Positions 30,982 through 40,465 of a stretch of DNA of 64,000 nucleotides are shown here, in pieces. A program made the position numbers and the translations under genes. The notes under the pieces are model-generated. The model was not told the DNA's origin and searched no databases. It saw only the letters and a program-made list of their open reading frames with translations. Source of the DNA: a virus; IMG/VR virus record IMGVR_UViG_3300027659_000015, positions 32,001 through 96,000 of that record. The stretch is one strand, 5' to 3'. How positions within the stretch are numbered: the first letter of the stretch is position 1; each line of letters opens with the position of its first letter.

Positions 30982-30999
30982 TACATCTATCATAAATAT
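30910..30999 (+). repeat. 90-bp exact repeat, copy 1 (copy 2 at 36208-36297), covering gene 3' end, stop codon and next late promoter
   Basis: AGAATCACTAAAGGATACGCCCG...ACCAAGTAATACATCTATCATAAATAT identical at both loci. Confidence 0.92.
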
Positions 31000-31029
31000 C
31001 CAGTATCAAACTAAAAAGAAAAATGTGAT

Positions 31030-34000
31030 ATGACTTTAAAAATTTCATCGACTAATATACAAGGTTCAACATTAGATGTACTGACGGCACCTGCAGCTAT
31101 TGCTAATGCTGCCTTTGCAGCTGCTAATGTGGCATCCGCAGCAGCTAATACGGCTGCAGCTGCAGCAAATGTGGCAACCGCAACGGCAACATCAGCATTA
31201 ACAGCAGCAAATACAGCAGTTGCTGCTGCTGCAAATAGTGCACCTAGAGTTTCCTTGATATCATATCCAGGAGATGATACTGCTGCTAATACAGGTGGTG
31301 GACAAACAATCACATTAACAGGAACAGGTTTCGCTTCTGGTGCCACAGTTCTTATCAACGGCACATATGCTGGGGTTGTATCGGTAGCAAACAGTACAAG
31401 TATGTCCTTTGCGGCTCCTACTCAAAGTGCTGGTACATATACGTTGTATGTTATTAATACTGATGGAGGTACTGCTATCTCCATTCCAGGTATCAGTTAT
31501 AGTGGTACACCAAATTGGACAACTGCGGCTGGTAGTTTAGGAACAAGTTACGAAACTGCTGCCATTAGTAGTACACTAACAGCAACTGGTGATGCACCAA
31601 TTACATATAGTTTATACTCAGGTACATTACCACCTGGAAGTTCATTGAATACATCTAGTGGTTTGTTATCAGGAACATCACAAGGTGTTGCAAGTTCAAC
31701 CACTTATAATTTTACCATTCGTGCTACTGATGCACAAAATCAGGACACAGATAGAGCATTCAGTATAACACTCAGTCCAGATGTGGTTACATGGAGTTCT
31801 CCTTCAGACAACTCAACCACGACTGCATATGAATATGCACCTATATCAAATGTAACAATGTCTGCCACATCGGCTGCTGGCAAATCAATTACATATACAG
31901 CGAATACTTTACCGACTGGTGTAACCATAACAGGTAATACAATTTCTGGAACACCTACAGTTGTTGCAAACACAAATACAAGATTAACAGCTAATGCAGC
32001 AACTACACTCAAAACAGCCACAAAAGATATTAACTTTGTGGTTAATCCAGATGTAGTTACTTGGAGTTCACCTGCTGATGGAACTAGCACTGCGTTGTTC
32101 CAAGACCAAGCAATGTCAAATGTAACATTGTCAGCAACATCAGCGGCTGGTAAAAGTATTACATATAGTGCGAATACTTTACCAACCGGAGTTACTATTA
32201 CTGGTGCGGTAGTTAATGGAACACCAACTACTGTGGGTACCACCAACAGTTTGATTACAGCAACAGCAACCACCACCAATCGTACTGCTACCAGAAACTT
32301 TACATGGGTAGTAAGTCTTGCTAATGATATATATTTTAAGAATACAACACTGTTATTAAACGGTGAAACAAGTGTAACACCATTCATTAGTGATATAAGC
32401 ACAAATAGCTTTGGCTTAACTATTCAGGGTGATACAAAACCTACATTGTTTAATCCATATCAAGGTGATGGGTATTATAGTAATTTCTTTGATGGTACTG
32501 GAGATTATTTAAGTGCTGGTTCTAATTCATCATTTGCCGTTGGCACAGGAGACTTTACTTTCCAAGCATGGGTTTATCCAACAGCATATACAAGCCCTGT
32601 ATCGGCAATTTTTGATACTGGTAGCGCCGTAGCATCCGGTAGATTTTCTGTTGTTCTTTATTCGAGTGGGCTAGTCTATGTTGACAGCAATGCAAATCTA
32701 CTTATATCAAGTTCAACGTTACCGTTAAACAAATGGACACTTATTTCTATCATTAGAAGTAGCGGAACAATGACCATGTATTTTAATGGCACTAGTGTGG
32801 CTAGTGGAAGTATTGCAACCAACTTTACTGAGACACAAAGCTATATTGGAAGAACAGTGGACGGCTACTATTTCAACGGTTACATTTCAAATTTGCGCTT
32901 GGTTAAAGGCACTGCACTTGCAAACACCGTACCAACCTCTCCGCTAACAGCAATAGCAAACACAAGTTTATTGACCTGTCAGAGTAATAGGTTAATTGAT
33001 AACTCAACTAACAATTTTGCAATCACTAAAGTAGGTGATACAACAATATCACCCAACATACCATTCACTGCAAACGCTAGTTACAGTACTTATGGTAGTA
33101 CATACTTTGATGGTAGCGGGGATTATTTAACTACTCCTATTACATCAAGCGGGCCGTTAGATTTTGGTAGTGGTAATTGGACAGTAGAAGCATGGGTAAT
33201 GTACACTGGTGCCAGTTTAACAGGAGGATATAGAAACTTTTTAACTTTCTGTAATGACTCTGGCTTACCCTATATACAAATTGGAACAAAAACAAGTAGT
33301 GGTTATGTTTTCGTACAAGAAGGAACACCAGCAACAGTACCTTGGAATGCTGAAGGAACTACGTTATTAACTTCAAACGTTTGGCATCATATTGCCGCAG
33401 TAAGAAACAGCAACAATATTTACTTGTACTTGGATGGAGTATTACAGGGTTCGGTTGCATATAGTGGAACACATCAAACTTTTGCAAAAGTTCAAATCGG
33501 TTCGTTAAAGTATAGCGGATCTATTATACAAGATTGGACCGGGTATATTGCGGATGTTCGTATAGTTAAAGGTACAGCAGTCTATACATCAGCATTTACT
33601 CCACCTACAACACCATTAACCTCAATAGCAAACACAAGTTTACTAACACTACAATACAACGGTGGTGCTACTAATTCAGGTATTATAGATAATAGTAATT
33701 TCAACAACATTATCACAAGATTTGGTAATACTAGTCAAGGCACATTTAGTCCATATAGTCCTACAGGTTGGAGTAATTACTTTGATGGTACTGGGGATTA
33801 TCTAACCATTGCCGGAACAAGCACAGCCTGTGCGTTACCTGGTGATTTCACAATTGAATGTTGGTATTATCAAAATACTTCCTCAGCTTTATTTTACGGA
33901 ACTATTTTTAGTACTACGGCTACATATGCAACAACAAATAGTTTACGCATTTCAACCGGACAAAATAATAATACTATTCAAGTTGCTTCTGGCGGCAGCG

Positions 34001-36279
34001 CAGTTCTTAACGCCAGTGTAACTTTTACTCCCTACACTTGGGTTCACCTTGCACTAGTAAGAAGTGGAACTACATTAACACTATACCAAAATGGAGTTTC
34101 TGTTGGTTCAGCTACAAATTCACAATCATTTGTATCCGACACTTTTATTATTGGAGACACACAGGGGTCCGGAGCACCATATTGTTTTAACGGATATATG
34201 TCTAATTTCCGTGTAGTCAAAGGTACCGCAGTCTACACAACCGCATTCACCCCACCTACATCACCACTAACAGCAATAACAAACACGCAACTATTAACTT
34301 CTCAAAGTAATAGATTAATTGATAATAGTCCGAACAATTTTACATTGGTAAAAGGCGGCGATGTTTCAGTTCAAGCCTTTAGTCCATTCGGTAGCGTAAG
34401 TGAAGCAACACCGTTGAGTTATAGTAATTACTTTGCTGGTGGCGCATCAGATTATCTAACAGTAACTACTGGATCTAGTCAACTTAATTTACCTAGCGAC
34501 TTTACAGTTGAATTGTGGTTTTATGAAACTAATACTACTCCAACAATACCTCGTTTTGCAGGATCAACGTCCGGTGGGTTTGCTTGTGGTATAAATGCGT
34601 ATGATGGTAATGCAACTAGAAAACTAGACTGGCGAGCAACCGGTTCTGCACCAGTATATGGTGTAACTGCAATAACAACAAATGTTTGGCACCATGCCGC
34701 ATATGTTAAATCTGGCTCTACATTTAGAATATTTTTAGATGGAGTATTAGAATATTATAATGGAAGTTATAGTACCACATTTACTAGTAGTGCAACATAT
34801 ATCGGCAGTGCAAATAGCGCAGATGCAGCTTATTCGTTTAGAGGTTACATTTCTAATTTCCGTGTTGTTAAAGGTACGGCTGTTTATACCACCGCCAGTA
34901 CTACTGTAGGTGCAACAATATTTACACCAGGTACCTCACCATTGACCGCTATAGCAAATACTGCATTATTAACTTGTCAATCTACTAGAATAATTGATAA
35001 TAGTACCAATGCATTGACTATGACAGGTACGGGAACCTACACAGTTAACCAGGTCAATCCATTCGGATACACTGCACAGAGTGCAACAAGTTATACCCCA
35101 AGTTTACATGGTGGTAGTGCATACTTTGATGGTACTGGGGATTATATGCAAGCCCCGCTGACACCGTACAATTTTGCTCCTGCTGGTGATTTTACCATTG
35201 AGGCATGGGTATACTTGACCGGTGCGCTGGCCAGCGGCAATTATACAATTGCATCAAACTGGCCATCAGGATCAGTACCCGCCCAGACATTTCAATTTCA
35301 AGTAAACACATCAGGACGCCTGCTATTTTATGCCGGCATTGGAGACACACAAGTGCAAGTAGTAGGAACTTCAACACTTGTGTCAGTAAATGCATGGAAT
35401 CATGTGGCAGTTTCTCGGTCAGGCGCAACCATTAGATTATTTGTAAATGGAACACAAGATTCAACCACTGTCAGCAATGCAGGTGCGCTAAACGTACAAT
35501 CAACATCATATAAACTTGCAATCGGTTGTCGCAATGATTCAGGTGGTTATGCATTTGGATGGAAAGGGTACATAACCGATTTCCGTTTTGTCGGCGGAAC
35601 CGCAGTCTACACTTCAAACTTTTTACCACCAACACAAACATTAACAAACTACTCTACAAGTTATCCATCACAATTATTATTAAACTTTACTAACGGTGGT
35701 ATAATAGATCAACATTCTACAAATGTACTAGAGACTGTGGGTAATGCACAATTAAGTACTGCGGTTAAGAAATATGGTAATGCTAGTATGTACTTTGATG
35801 GTTCTAGTAGAATAACAATACCGGCGTCTCCGCAGTGGATATTTGAAACAGGGGACTTTACCGTTGAGTTTTGGATGAATACTGCGGACACTGGCGCAGG
35901 TTTAATAACTCCTGCAACTACTGGCGCCGGATATTGGGCTTTGTTGATTTATGCAAGCACATTATATTGGCAAAATGCGTATAATTCTTCTAACTTAAAG
36001 ACTGCATCATTATCTGGTTATTTGAACAATACCTGGGCTCATATTGCTATTGTTAGATATTCTGGTAATTTGTATTTTTATTTTAACGGCACTGCACAAG
36101 GTAGTGCTACGGCAGATTCAACCAATTATAGCGGCGCTGTAAATACATTAACTATTGGATACGATCCACAGGGTAATGGATACTATGCTGGTTATATAGA
36201 CGACCTAAGAATCACTAAAGGATACGCCCGTTACACAAGTAACTTCACCGCCCCAACAAGTGCGTTGATAACCAAGTAA
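31030..36279 (+). CDS. Adhesin B: paralogue of adhesin A with six different LamG-like modules
   Basis: Same domain order as 25867..30981 with near-identical linkers; different Ala-rich N-terminus; own TAAATA promoter. Confidence 0.85.
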   Translation: MTLKISSTNIQGSTLDVLTAPAAIANAAFAAANVASAAANTAAAAANVATATATSALTAANTAVAAAANSAPRVSLISYPGDDTAANTGGGQTITLTGTGFASGATVLINGTYAGVVSVANSTSMSFAAPTQSAGTYTLYVINTDGGTAISIPGISYSGTPNWTTAAGSLGTSYETAAISSTLTATGDAPITYSLYSGTLPPGSSLNTSSGLLSGTSQGVASSTTYNFTIRATDAQNQDTDRAFSITLSPDVVTWSSPSDNSTTTAYEYAPISNVTMSATSAAGKSITYTANTLPTGVTITGNTISGTPTVVANTNTRLTANAATTLKTATKDINFVVNPDVVTWSSPADGTSTALFQDQAMSNVTLSATSAAGKSITYSANTLPTGVTITGAVVNGTPTTVGTTNSLITATATTTNRTATRNFTWVVSLANDIYFKNTTLLLNGETSVTPFISDISTNSFGLTIQGDTKPTLFNPYQGDGYYSNFFDGTGDYLSAGSNSSFAVGTGDFTFQAWVYPTAYTSPVSAIFDTGSAVASGRFSVVLYSSGLVYVDSNANLLISSSTLPLNKWTLISIIRSSGTMTMYFNGTSVASGSIATNFTETQSYIGRTVDGYYFNGYISNLRLVKGTALANTVPTSPLTAIANTSLLTCQSNRLIDNSTNNFAITKVGDTTISPNIPFTANASYSTYGSTYFDGSGDYLTTPITSSGPLDFGSGNWTVEAWVMYTGASLTGGYRNFLTFCNDSGLPYIQIGTKTSSGYVFVQEGTPATVPWNAEGTTLLTSNVWHHIAAVRNSNNIYLYLDGVLQGSVAYSGTHQTFAKVQIGSLKYSGSIIQDWTGYIADVRIVKGTAVYTSAFTPPTTPLTSIANTSLLTLQYNGGATNSGIIDNSNFNNIITRFGNTSQGTFSPYSPTGWSNYFDGTGDYLTIAGTSTACALPGDFTIECWYYQNTSSALFYGTIFSTTATYATTNSLRISTGQNNNTIQVASGGSAVLNASVTFTPYTWVHLALVRSGTTLTLYQNGVSVGSATNSQSFVSDTFIIGDTQGSGAPYCFNGYMSNFRVVKGTAVYTTAFTPPTSPLTAITNTQLLTSQSNRLIDNSPNNFTLVKGGDVSVQAFSPFGSVSEATPLSYSNYFAGGASDYLTVTTGSSQLNLPSDFTVELWFYETNTTPTIPRFAGSTSGGFACGINAYDGNATRKLDWRATGSAPVYGVTAITTNVWHHAAYVKSGSTFRIFLDGVLEYYNGSYSTTFTSSATYIGSANSADAAYSFRGYISNFRVVKGTAVYTTASTTVGATIFTPGTSPLTAIANTALLTCQSTRIIDNSTNALTMTGTGTYTVNQVNPFGYTAQSATSYTPSLHGGSAYFDGTGDYMQAPLTPYNFAPAGDFTIEAWVYLTGALASGNYTIASNWPSGSVPAQTFQFQVNTSGRLLFYAGIGDTQVQVVGTSTLVSVNAWNHVAVSRSGATIRLFVNGTQDSTTVSNAGALNVQSTSYKLAIGCRNDSGGYAFGWKGYITDFRFVGGTAVYTSNFLPPTQTLTNYSTSYPSQLLLNFTNGGIIDQHSTNVLETVGNAQLSTAVKKYGNASMYFDGSSRITIPASPQWIFETGDFTVEFWMNTADTGAGLITPATTGAGYWALLIYASTLYWQNAYNSSNLKTASLSGYLNNTWAHIAIVRYSGNLYFYFNGTAQGSATADSTNYSGAVNTLTIGYDPQGNGYYAGYIDDLRITKGYARYTSNFTAPTSALITK

Positions 36280-36319
36280 TACATCTATCATAAATATGGA
36301 ATAATAACCAAAAAGAAAC

Positions 36320-39067
36320 ATGTCATTATTAAAGATAAAACCATTTGTTATAGATGATACAACAGCAAGTGATGCTTTTGTAAAAGCTAATGGTGCGTTT
36401 GGCACGGCCAACTCAGCTGCCTTATATGCTAACGCTGCCTTCACAGCAGCCAATAATGCTTCTGATTCATGGGTTCGTAATCAAGCGAATGGTGCCTTCA
36501 TACAAGCTAACGCTGCCTTTACAGCAGCCAATAATGCTTCTGATTCATGGGTTCGTAATCAAGCCAACTTGGCATTTGGTACTGCAAACTCCGGTTCATC
36601 TTACGCCAATTCAGCATTCACAGCAGCCAATACTGCTGATGGTAAAGCAGTCACGGCTGGTTCATATGCTAACTCAGCATTTGGTACGGCTAACTCAGCA
36701 GCTCTATATGCTAACGCTGCCTTCTTGGCAGCAAACAATGCTCTAGATTCGTGGGTCAGAGGTCAAGCTAATGCTGCTTTTGGTACAGCCAATTCTGGTG
36801 CTTCATATGCCAATTCAGCATTCACAGCAGCTAACACAGCAGATGGTAAGGCAGTCACGGCTGGTTCATATGCCAATTCAGCATTCACAGCAGCTAACAC
36901 AGCAGATGGCAAGGCAGTAACATCCGGTAGTTATGCCAATTCAGCATTTGGTACGGCCAATTCTGCTGCGTCATATGCTAACGCTGCGTTTACAGCAGCT
37001 AACTCAAAATTCAATTCATCTGGTGGTACAATCTCAGGTGATACAGTTGTTACAGGTAACTTAACAGTAACAGGTACAAGATTCTACGCCAATACAATCA
37101 ATTCAACTGTTCAAGATAACATCATTACATTAAATTCTAATGTAACAGGTGTACCAACACAAGATGCTGGTATAGAAATCAACCGTGGCAGTTCAACAAA
37201 CACATCCATTGTATGGAAAGAGTCGGTAAAATCGTGGCAGTTCACTAATGATGGCACAAACTATAGTAACATAGCAGCTTCATCAGCGGAGTCATATGCT
37301 AACTCAGCATTTACAGCAGCCAATACGGCTGATGGTAAAGCAACAAGTTCTGGTAGTTATGCCAACTCAGCATTTGGTACGGCCAACTCAGCAGCTCTGT
37401 ATGCTAATGCGGCCTTTACTGCCGCTAATACGGCTGATGGTAAGGCAGTAACGGCAGGTACATATGCCAATGGTGCCTTCATACAAGCTAATGCGGCCTT
37501 TACAGCAGCCAATAATGCTTCGGATTCTTGGGTAAGAAACCAAGCCAATGCATCGTTTGGTACTGCCAATTCGGCTGCTCTATATGCTAATGCAGCCTTT
37601 ATTCAGGCTAACGCAGCATATAATACAGCCAATTCCGGTTCTTTATATGCTAATGGTGCCTTCTTACAAGCTAATGCAGCATTCACTGCAGCCAATAATG
37701 CTTCAGATTCTTGGGTTAGAAATCAGGCCAATGCAGCATTCTTACAAGCTAACGCAGCATACACTATAGCCACTCTAGGATCCGCAGCAATTGTAACAAG
37801 AACATATACGGGGAATGGCGCAACAACAAATTATACTATTACTACCGGATCAACCGTAGATAATGTTTTGGTAACAGAAAATGGTGTGTTACAAACACCA
37901 ACAATAGATTATACAATATCTGGTACAACACTCGCATTTGTTGTTGCACCAATAAATAATGTGAAGATTCAAATCAGAGAACTTCTAATACCTAGTGGTA
38001 GCCAATCTAGTAATACAGCCAATATTGCTTTTGATACGGCCAATGCAGCATTTATAAGAGCAAATAATTCTTTAAATGTACAATCTGGTGGTACAATTAC
38101 AGGCAATCTTACGATTGCTGGTAACTTCCTTCCTTCGGCAAACATAACATACAATTTAGGTTCAAGCACAGCCAGATGGAAAGACTTATATCTTTCAGGT
38201 AATACAATTGACCTTGGTGGTGCACAGATTAAAAATGATGCTAACACAGGTAGTTTTGTGTTCGTTCCAATTGCATCAGCGAATACACCAAATCCAACAG
38301 CATTATTCATTAGTTCTACTGGTTCTATAACAACAGTACAAACTACTGGTGGTGTAATTAGTGATGCCAATTTGACTCTAGCGGCAGCAAATACAGCTAA
38401 TACAGTACCAACCGATGTATCTATAAATTTGGCATTTATTCAAGCTAATGCAGCATTCTTACAAGCTAATGCAGCATACACGGCAGCAAATAGTGCTAGT
38501 AGTGCCGGCAATCAACTTTATTATAATTCATTTACTGGTGATGGTACAACAACAGGATTTACATTAACAGCTGCTCCATTGGATAGTACTTACACAATTG
38601 TTAATATTGATGGTGTATTTCAATTAAAATCTGCTTATACGCTTTCTGGAAATACTATTACATTTACTGCTGCACCAACCAACAGTTCAAAAATAGATGT
38701 AACATCTTTTGCAAACATAACACTAAATACAACGATTGATACGGTCGCTAGACAAACAGGTGCTTCGGCATTCCTAGCAGCCAATACACCACAAGAGATT
38801 GCTAATTCGGCAGCATTGTATGCTAACGCAGCATTCATTCAAGCCAATGCAGCATTCACGGCAGCCAACAATGCTTCTGATTCTTGGGTTCGCAATCAAG
38901 CTAATGCTTCCTTTATACAAGCAAACGCTGTATTCACACAATCAAATACTTATGTTTGGCCAGCTGCTAACTCAGCAGGTGTATATGCTAATGCGGCCTT
39001 CGCAAAAGCAAATACTGCGTTAACATTGGGTAAATCTATAGCAATGGCAATAATATTCGGAGGATAA
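36320..39067 (+). CDS. Fibre shaft protein with ANxAF/SDSWVRNQ repeats, two beta-sandwich domains and IAMAIIFGG tail
   Basis: Repeats and a ~100-aa domain shared with ORF 21887; another domain shared with ORF 17305. Confidence 0.8.
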   Translation: MSLLKIKPFVIDDTTASDAFVKANGAFGTANSAALYANAAFTAANNASDSWVRNQANGAFIQANAAFTAANNASDSWVRNQANLAFGTANSGSSYANSAFTAANTADGKAVTAGSYANSAFGTANSAALYANAAFLAANNALDSWVRGQANAAFGTANSGASYANSAFTAANTADGKAVTAGSYANSAFTAANTADGKAVTSGSYANSAFGTANSAASYANAAFTAANSKFNSSGGTISGDTVVTGNLTVTGTRFYANTINSTVQDNIITLNSNVTGVPTQDAGIEINRGSSTNTSIVWKESVKSWQFTNDGTNYSNIAASSAESYANSAFTAANTADGKATSSGSYANSAFGTANSAALYANAAFTAANTADGKAVTAGTYANGAFIQANAAFTAANNASDSWVRNQANASFGTANSAALYANAAFIQANAAYNTANSGSLYANGAFLQANAAFTAANNASDSWVRNQANAAFLQANAAYTIATLGSAAIVTRTYTGNGATTNYTITTGSTVDNVLVTENGVLQTPTIDYTISGTTLAFVVAPINNVKIQIRELLIPSGSQSSNTANIAFDTANAAFIRANNSLNVQSGGTITGNLTIAGNFLPSANITYNLGSSTARWKDLYLSGNTIDLGGAQIKNDANTGSFVFVPIASANTPNPTALFISSTGSITTVQTTGGVISDANLTLAAANTANTVPTDVSINLAFIQANAAFLQANAAYTAANSASSAGNQLYYNSFTGDGTTTGFTLTAAPLDSTYTIVNIDGVFQLKSAYTLSGNTITFTAAPTNSSKIDVTSFANITLNTTIDTVARQTGASAFLAANTPQEIANSAALYANAAFIQANAAFTAANNASDSWVRNQANASFIQANAVFTQSNTYVWPAANSAGVYANAAFAKANTALTLGKSIAMAIIFGG

Positions 39068-39068
39068 A

Positions 39069-39425
39069 ATGGCAGCACCAAATATGGTAAACATAACATC
39101 AGTAACAGGAAAAACGGCAGTGGCCGGTTTGACTACAATAACGAGTAATGTTATTACAAATAGTTCAGGTAGCAGTACAGTCAACAAACTTAATAATGTA
39201 ATTTTAAGTAATTATACCACATCAACTGTTACAGCGAATGTAATAATTAATCGTACTTCTGTTCTTTATTATCTAGCTGGTACCGTAAGTATACCTTCAA
39301 ATTCAACATTGGTATTATTAGGCAAAGATACAAGTGTATACTTAGAAGAAGGTGATGTAATACAAGCAAATGCATCAGCAAATTCTTCTGTTAATTTTAC
39401 TGCAAGTTATGAGTTGATAAGTTAA
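39069..39425 (+). CDS. Small fibre adaptor protein (paralogue of 21263..21589)
   Basis: MAAPNMVN.TS.TGKT...IPSNSTLVLLGK..SVYLEEGDVI...SYELIS; GGAGG SD. Confidence 0.72.
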   Translation: MAAPNMVNITSVTGKTAVAGLTTITSNVITNSSGSSTVNKLNNVILSNYTTSTVTANVIINRTSVLYYLAGTVSIPSNSTLVLLGKDTSVYLEEGDVIQANASANSSVNFTASYELIS

Positions 39426-39426
39426 A

Positions 39427-40437
39427 ATGAGAACAAGAAGCAATTACGGTGTCATTGGTCAAACTCAATCTTTGACCATAAATTCTACGGGCGGTGTTTA
39501 TTCGGCCGATGACCAAAGAGTTGCTAAATCTGGTATTAATTGGCCAGGAGTTATCGGGTGGATAAATTATTATACACCAGGTACATATACATTTACGGTA
39601 CCTTCAGCAGTGACTACAATTTCTGGAATGGCAGTTGGTGGTGGAGGTGCTGGTGATGACGGTGTGAACGGTGACGGCGGCGGTGGCGGCGGGTCAGGCG
39701 GATCATCCGGTTATTTTAGTAATCTTACAGTAACTCCCGGATCAACTATTACTATAGTTGTTGGAAACGGTGGACCAGCAACTACTTTAAAGAGTACTAA
39801 TGCACCTGCTGGTAATTCAAGTTCAATCACATATGGTACATTTTATTTAACTGCTTATGGTGGTCCAGGTGGAATATGTTATTCTGGTGGAGCTGCTGCG
39901 GCACCACCTGCGCCGCTGTTTGGGAATATTCCAGTAGGAGTAACTACTGGCGGTTATGCGGGTGGTAGTGGAGGCGCTGCATATAACGGCGGCGGTGCCG
40001 GCGGTGGCGCAGGTGGATTAGCTGGTGTTGGTGGAAATGGCGGTGGTCAAGTAGGTGGTGCAGGCGGTGCTGGAACAGGTGGAGGAGGTGGCGGCGGATC
40101 AACTGCCACCGGAGGAAGTGGTGGTGCTGGTAGCACTAATAATGGTTTTACTTCTGGCGCAGGCGGCGCTGGAACATCCGATGTAACTGGTGGCGGAGGA
40201 GGAGGATGCGTTACATATAGTAATACCTATACAACTACTTCTGGTGCAGCTGGAAATGGTTTGACAGTTTTAGGTTCAAAAGGCGGCGATGGTGGATTTC
40301 CTGGCGGTGGCGGCGGTGGGTCTTTTGATAATAATACTGGTTTAGCCAGTGCCGGCGGGAATGGTTTTGTGCGTTTGATATGGGGATCAAATGGTAATGG
40401 AGCTAGAATATTCCCAACAAATGCTGGAGATGTTTAA
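39427..40437 (+). CDS. Glycine-rich adhesin/tip protein
   Basis: TPGTYTFTVPSAVTTI...VGGGGAG...GGNGFVRLIW glycine-rich domain; locally GC-rich. Confidence 0.7.
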   Translation: MRTRSNYGVIGQTQSLTINSTGGVYSADDQRVAKSGINWPGVIGWINYYTPGTYTFTVPSAVTTISGMAVGGGGAGDDGVNGDGGGGGGSGGSSGYFSNLTVTPGSTITIVVGNGGPATTLKSTNAPAGNSSSITYGTFYLTAYGGPGGICYSGGAAAAPPAPLFGNIPVGVTTGGYAGGSGGAAYNGGGAGGGAGGLAGVGGNGGGQVGGAGGAGTGGGGGGGSTATGGSGGAGSTNNGFTSGAGGAGTSDVTGGGGGGCVTYSNTYTTTSGAAGNGLTVLGSKGGDGGFPGGGGGGSFDNNTGLASAGGNGFVRLIWGSNGNGARIFPTNAGDV

Positions 40438-40465
40438 ATACAAACAATGATAACAAAAGTAACAA

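Noticed and set aside
31080-31240. Type I antifreeze-like Ala-rich helix in adhesin B
   Set aside because: Periodicity is 7 (AAAN), matching the island's heptad family, not the 11-residue Thr spacing of type I antifreeze proteins
31740-32402. 220-aa minus-strand ORF and the other short minus-strand or off-frame ORFs in the track
   Set aside because: Shadow frames of Thr/Ala/Val-rich or repetitive + strand genes; no RBS or recognisable motifs
27202-35805. Shufflon/invertase or integron-type site-specific system at the YFDGTGDY anchors
   Set aside because: All anchors are direct and in frame, with no inverted silent cassettes, no attC-like palindromes and no recombinase in the window; homologous exchange is the simpler model
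21887-36297. Diversity-generating retroelement (Mtd_N-like domain plus repeated gene 3' ends)
   Set aside because: No reverse transcriptase or Avd in the window. The 90-bp copies are identical rather than differing at adenines, both are coding gene ends, and only the N-terminal Mtd-like domain is present, not the C-type lectin variable region
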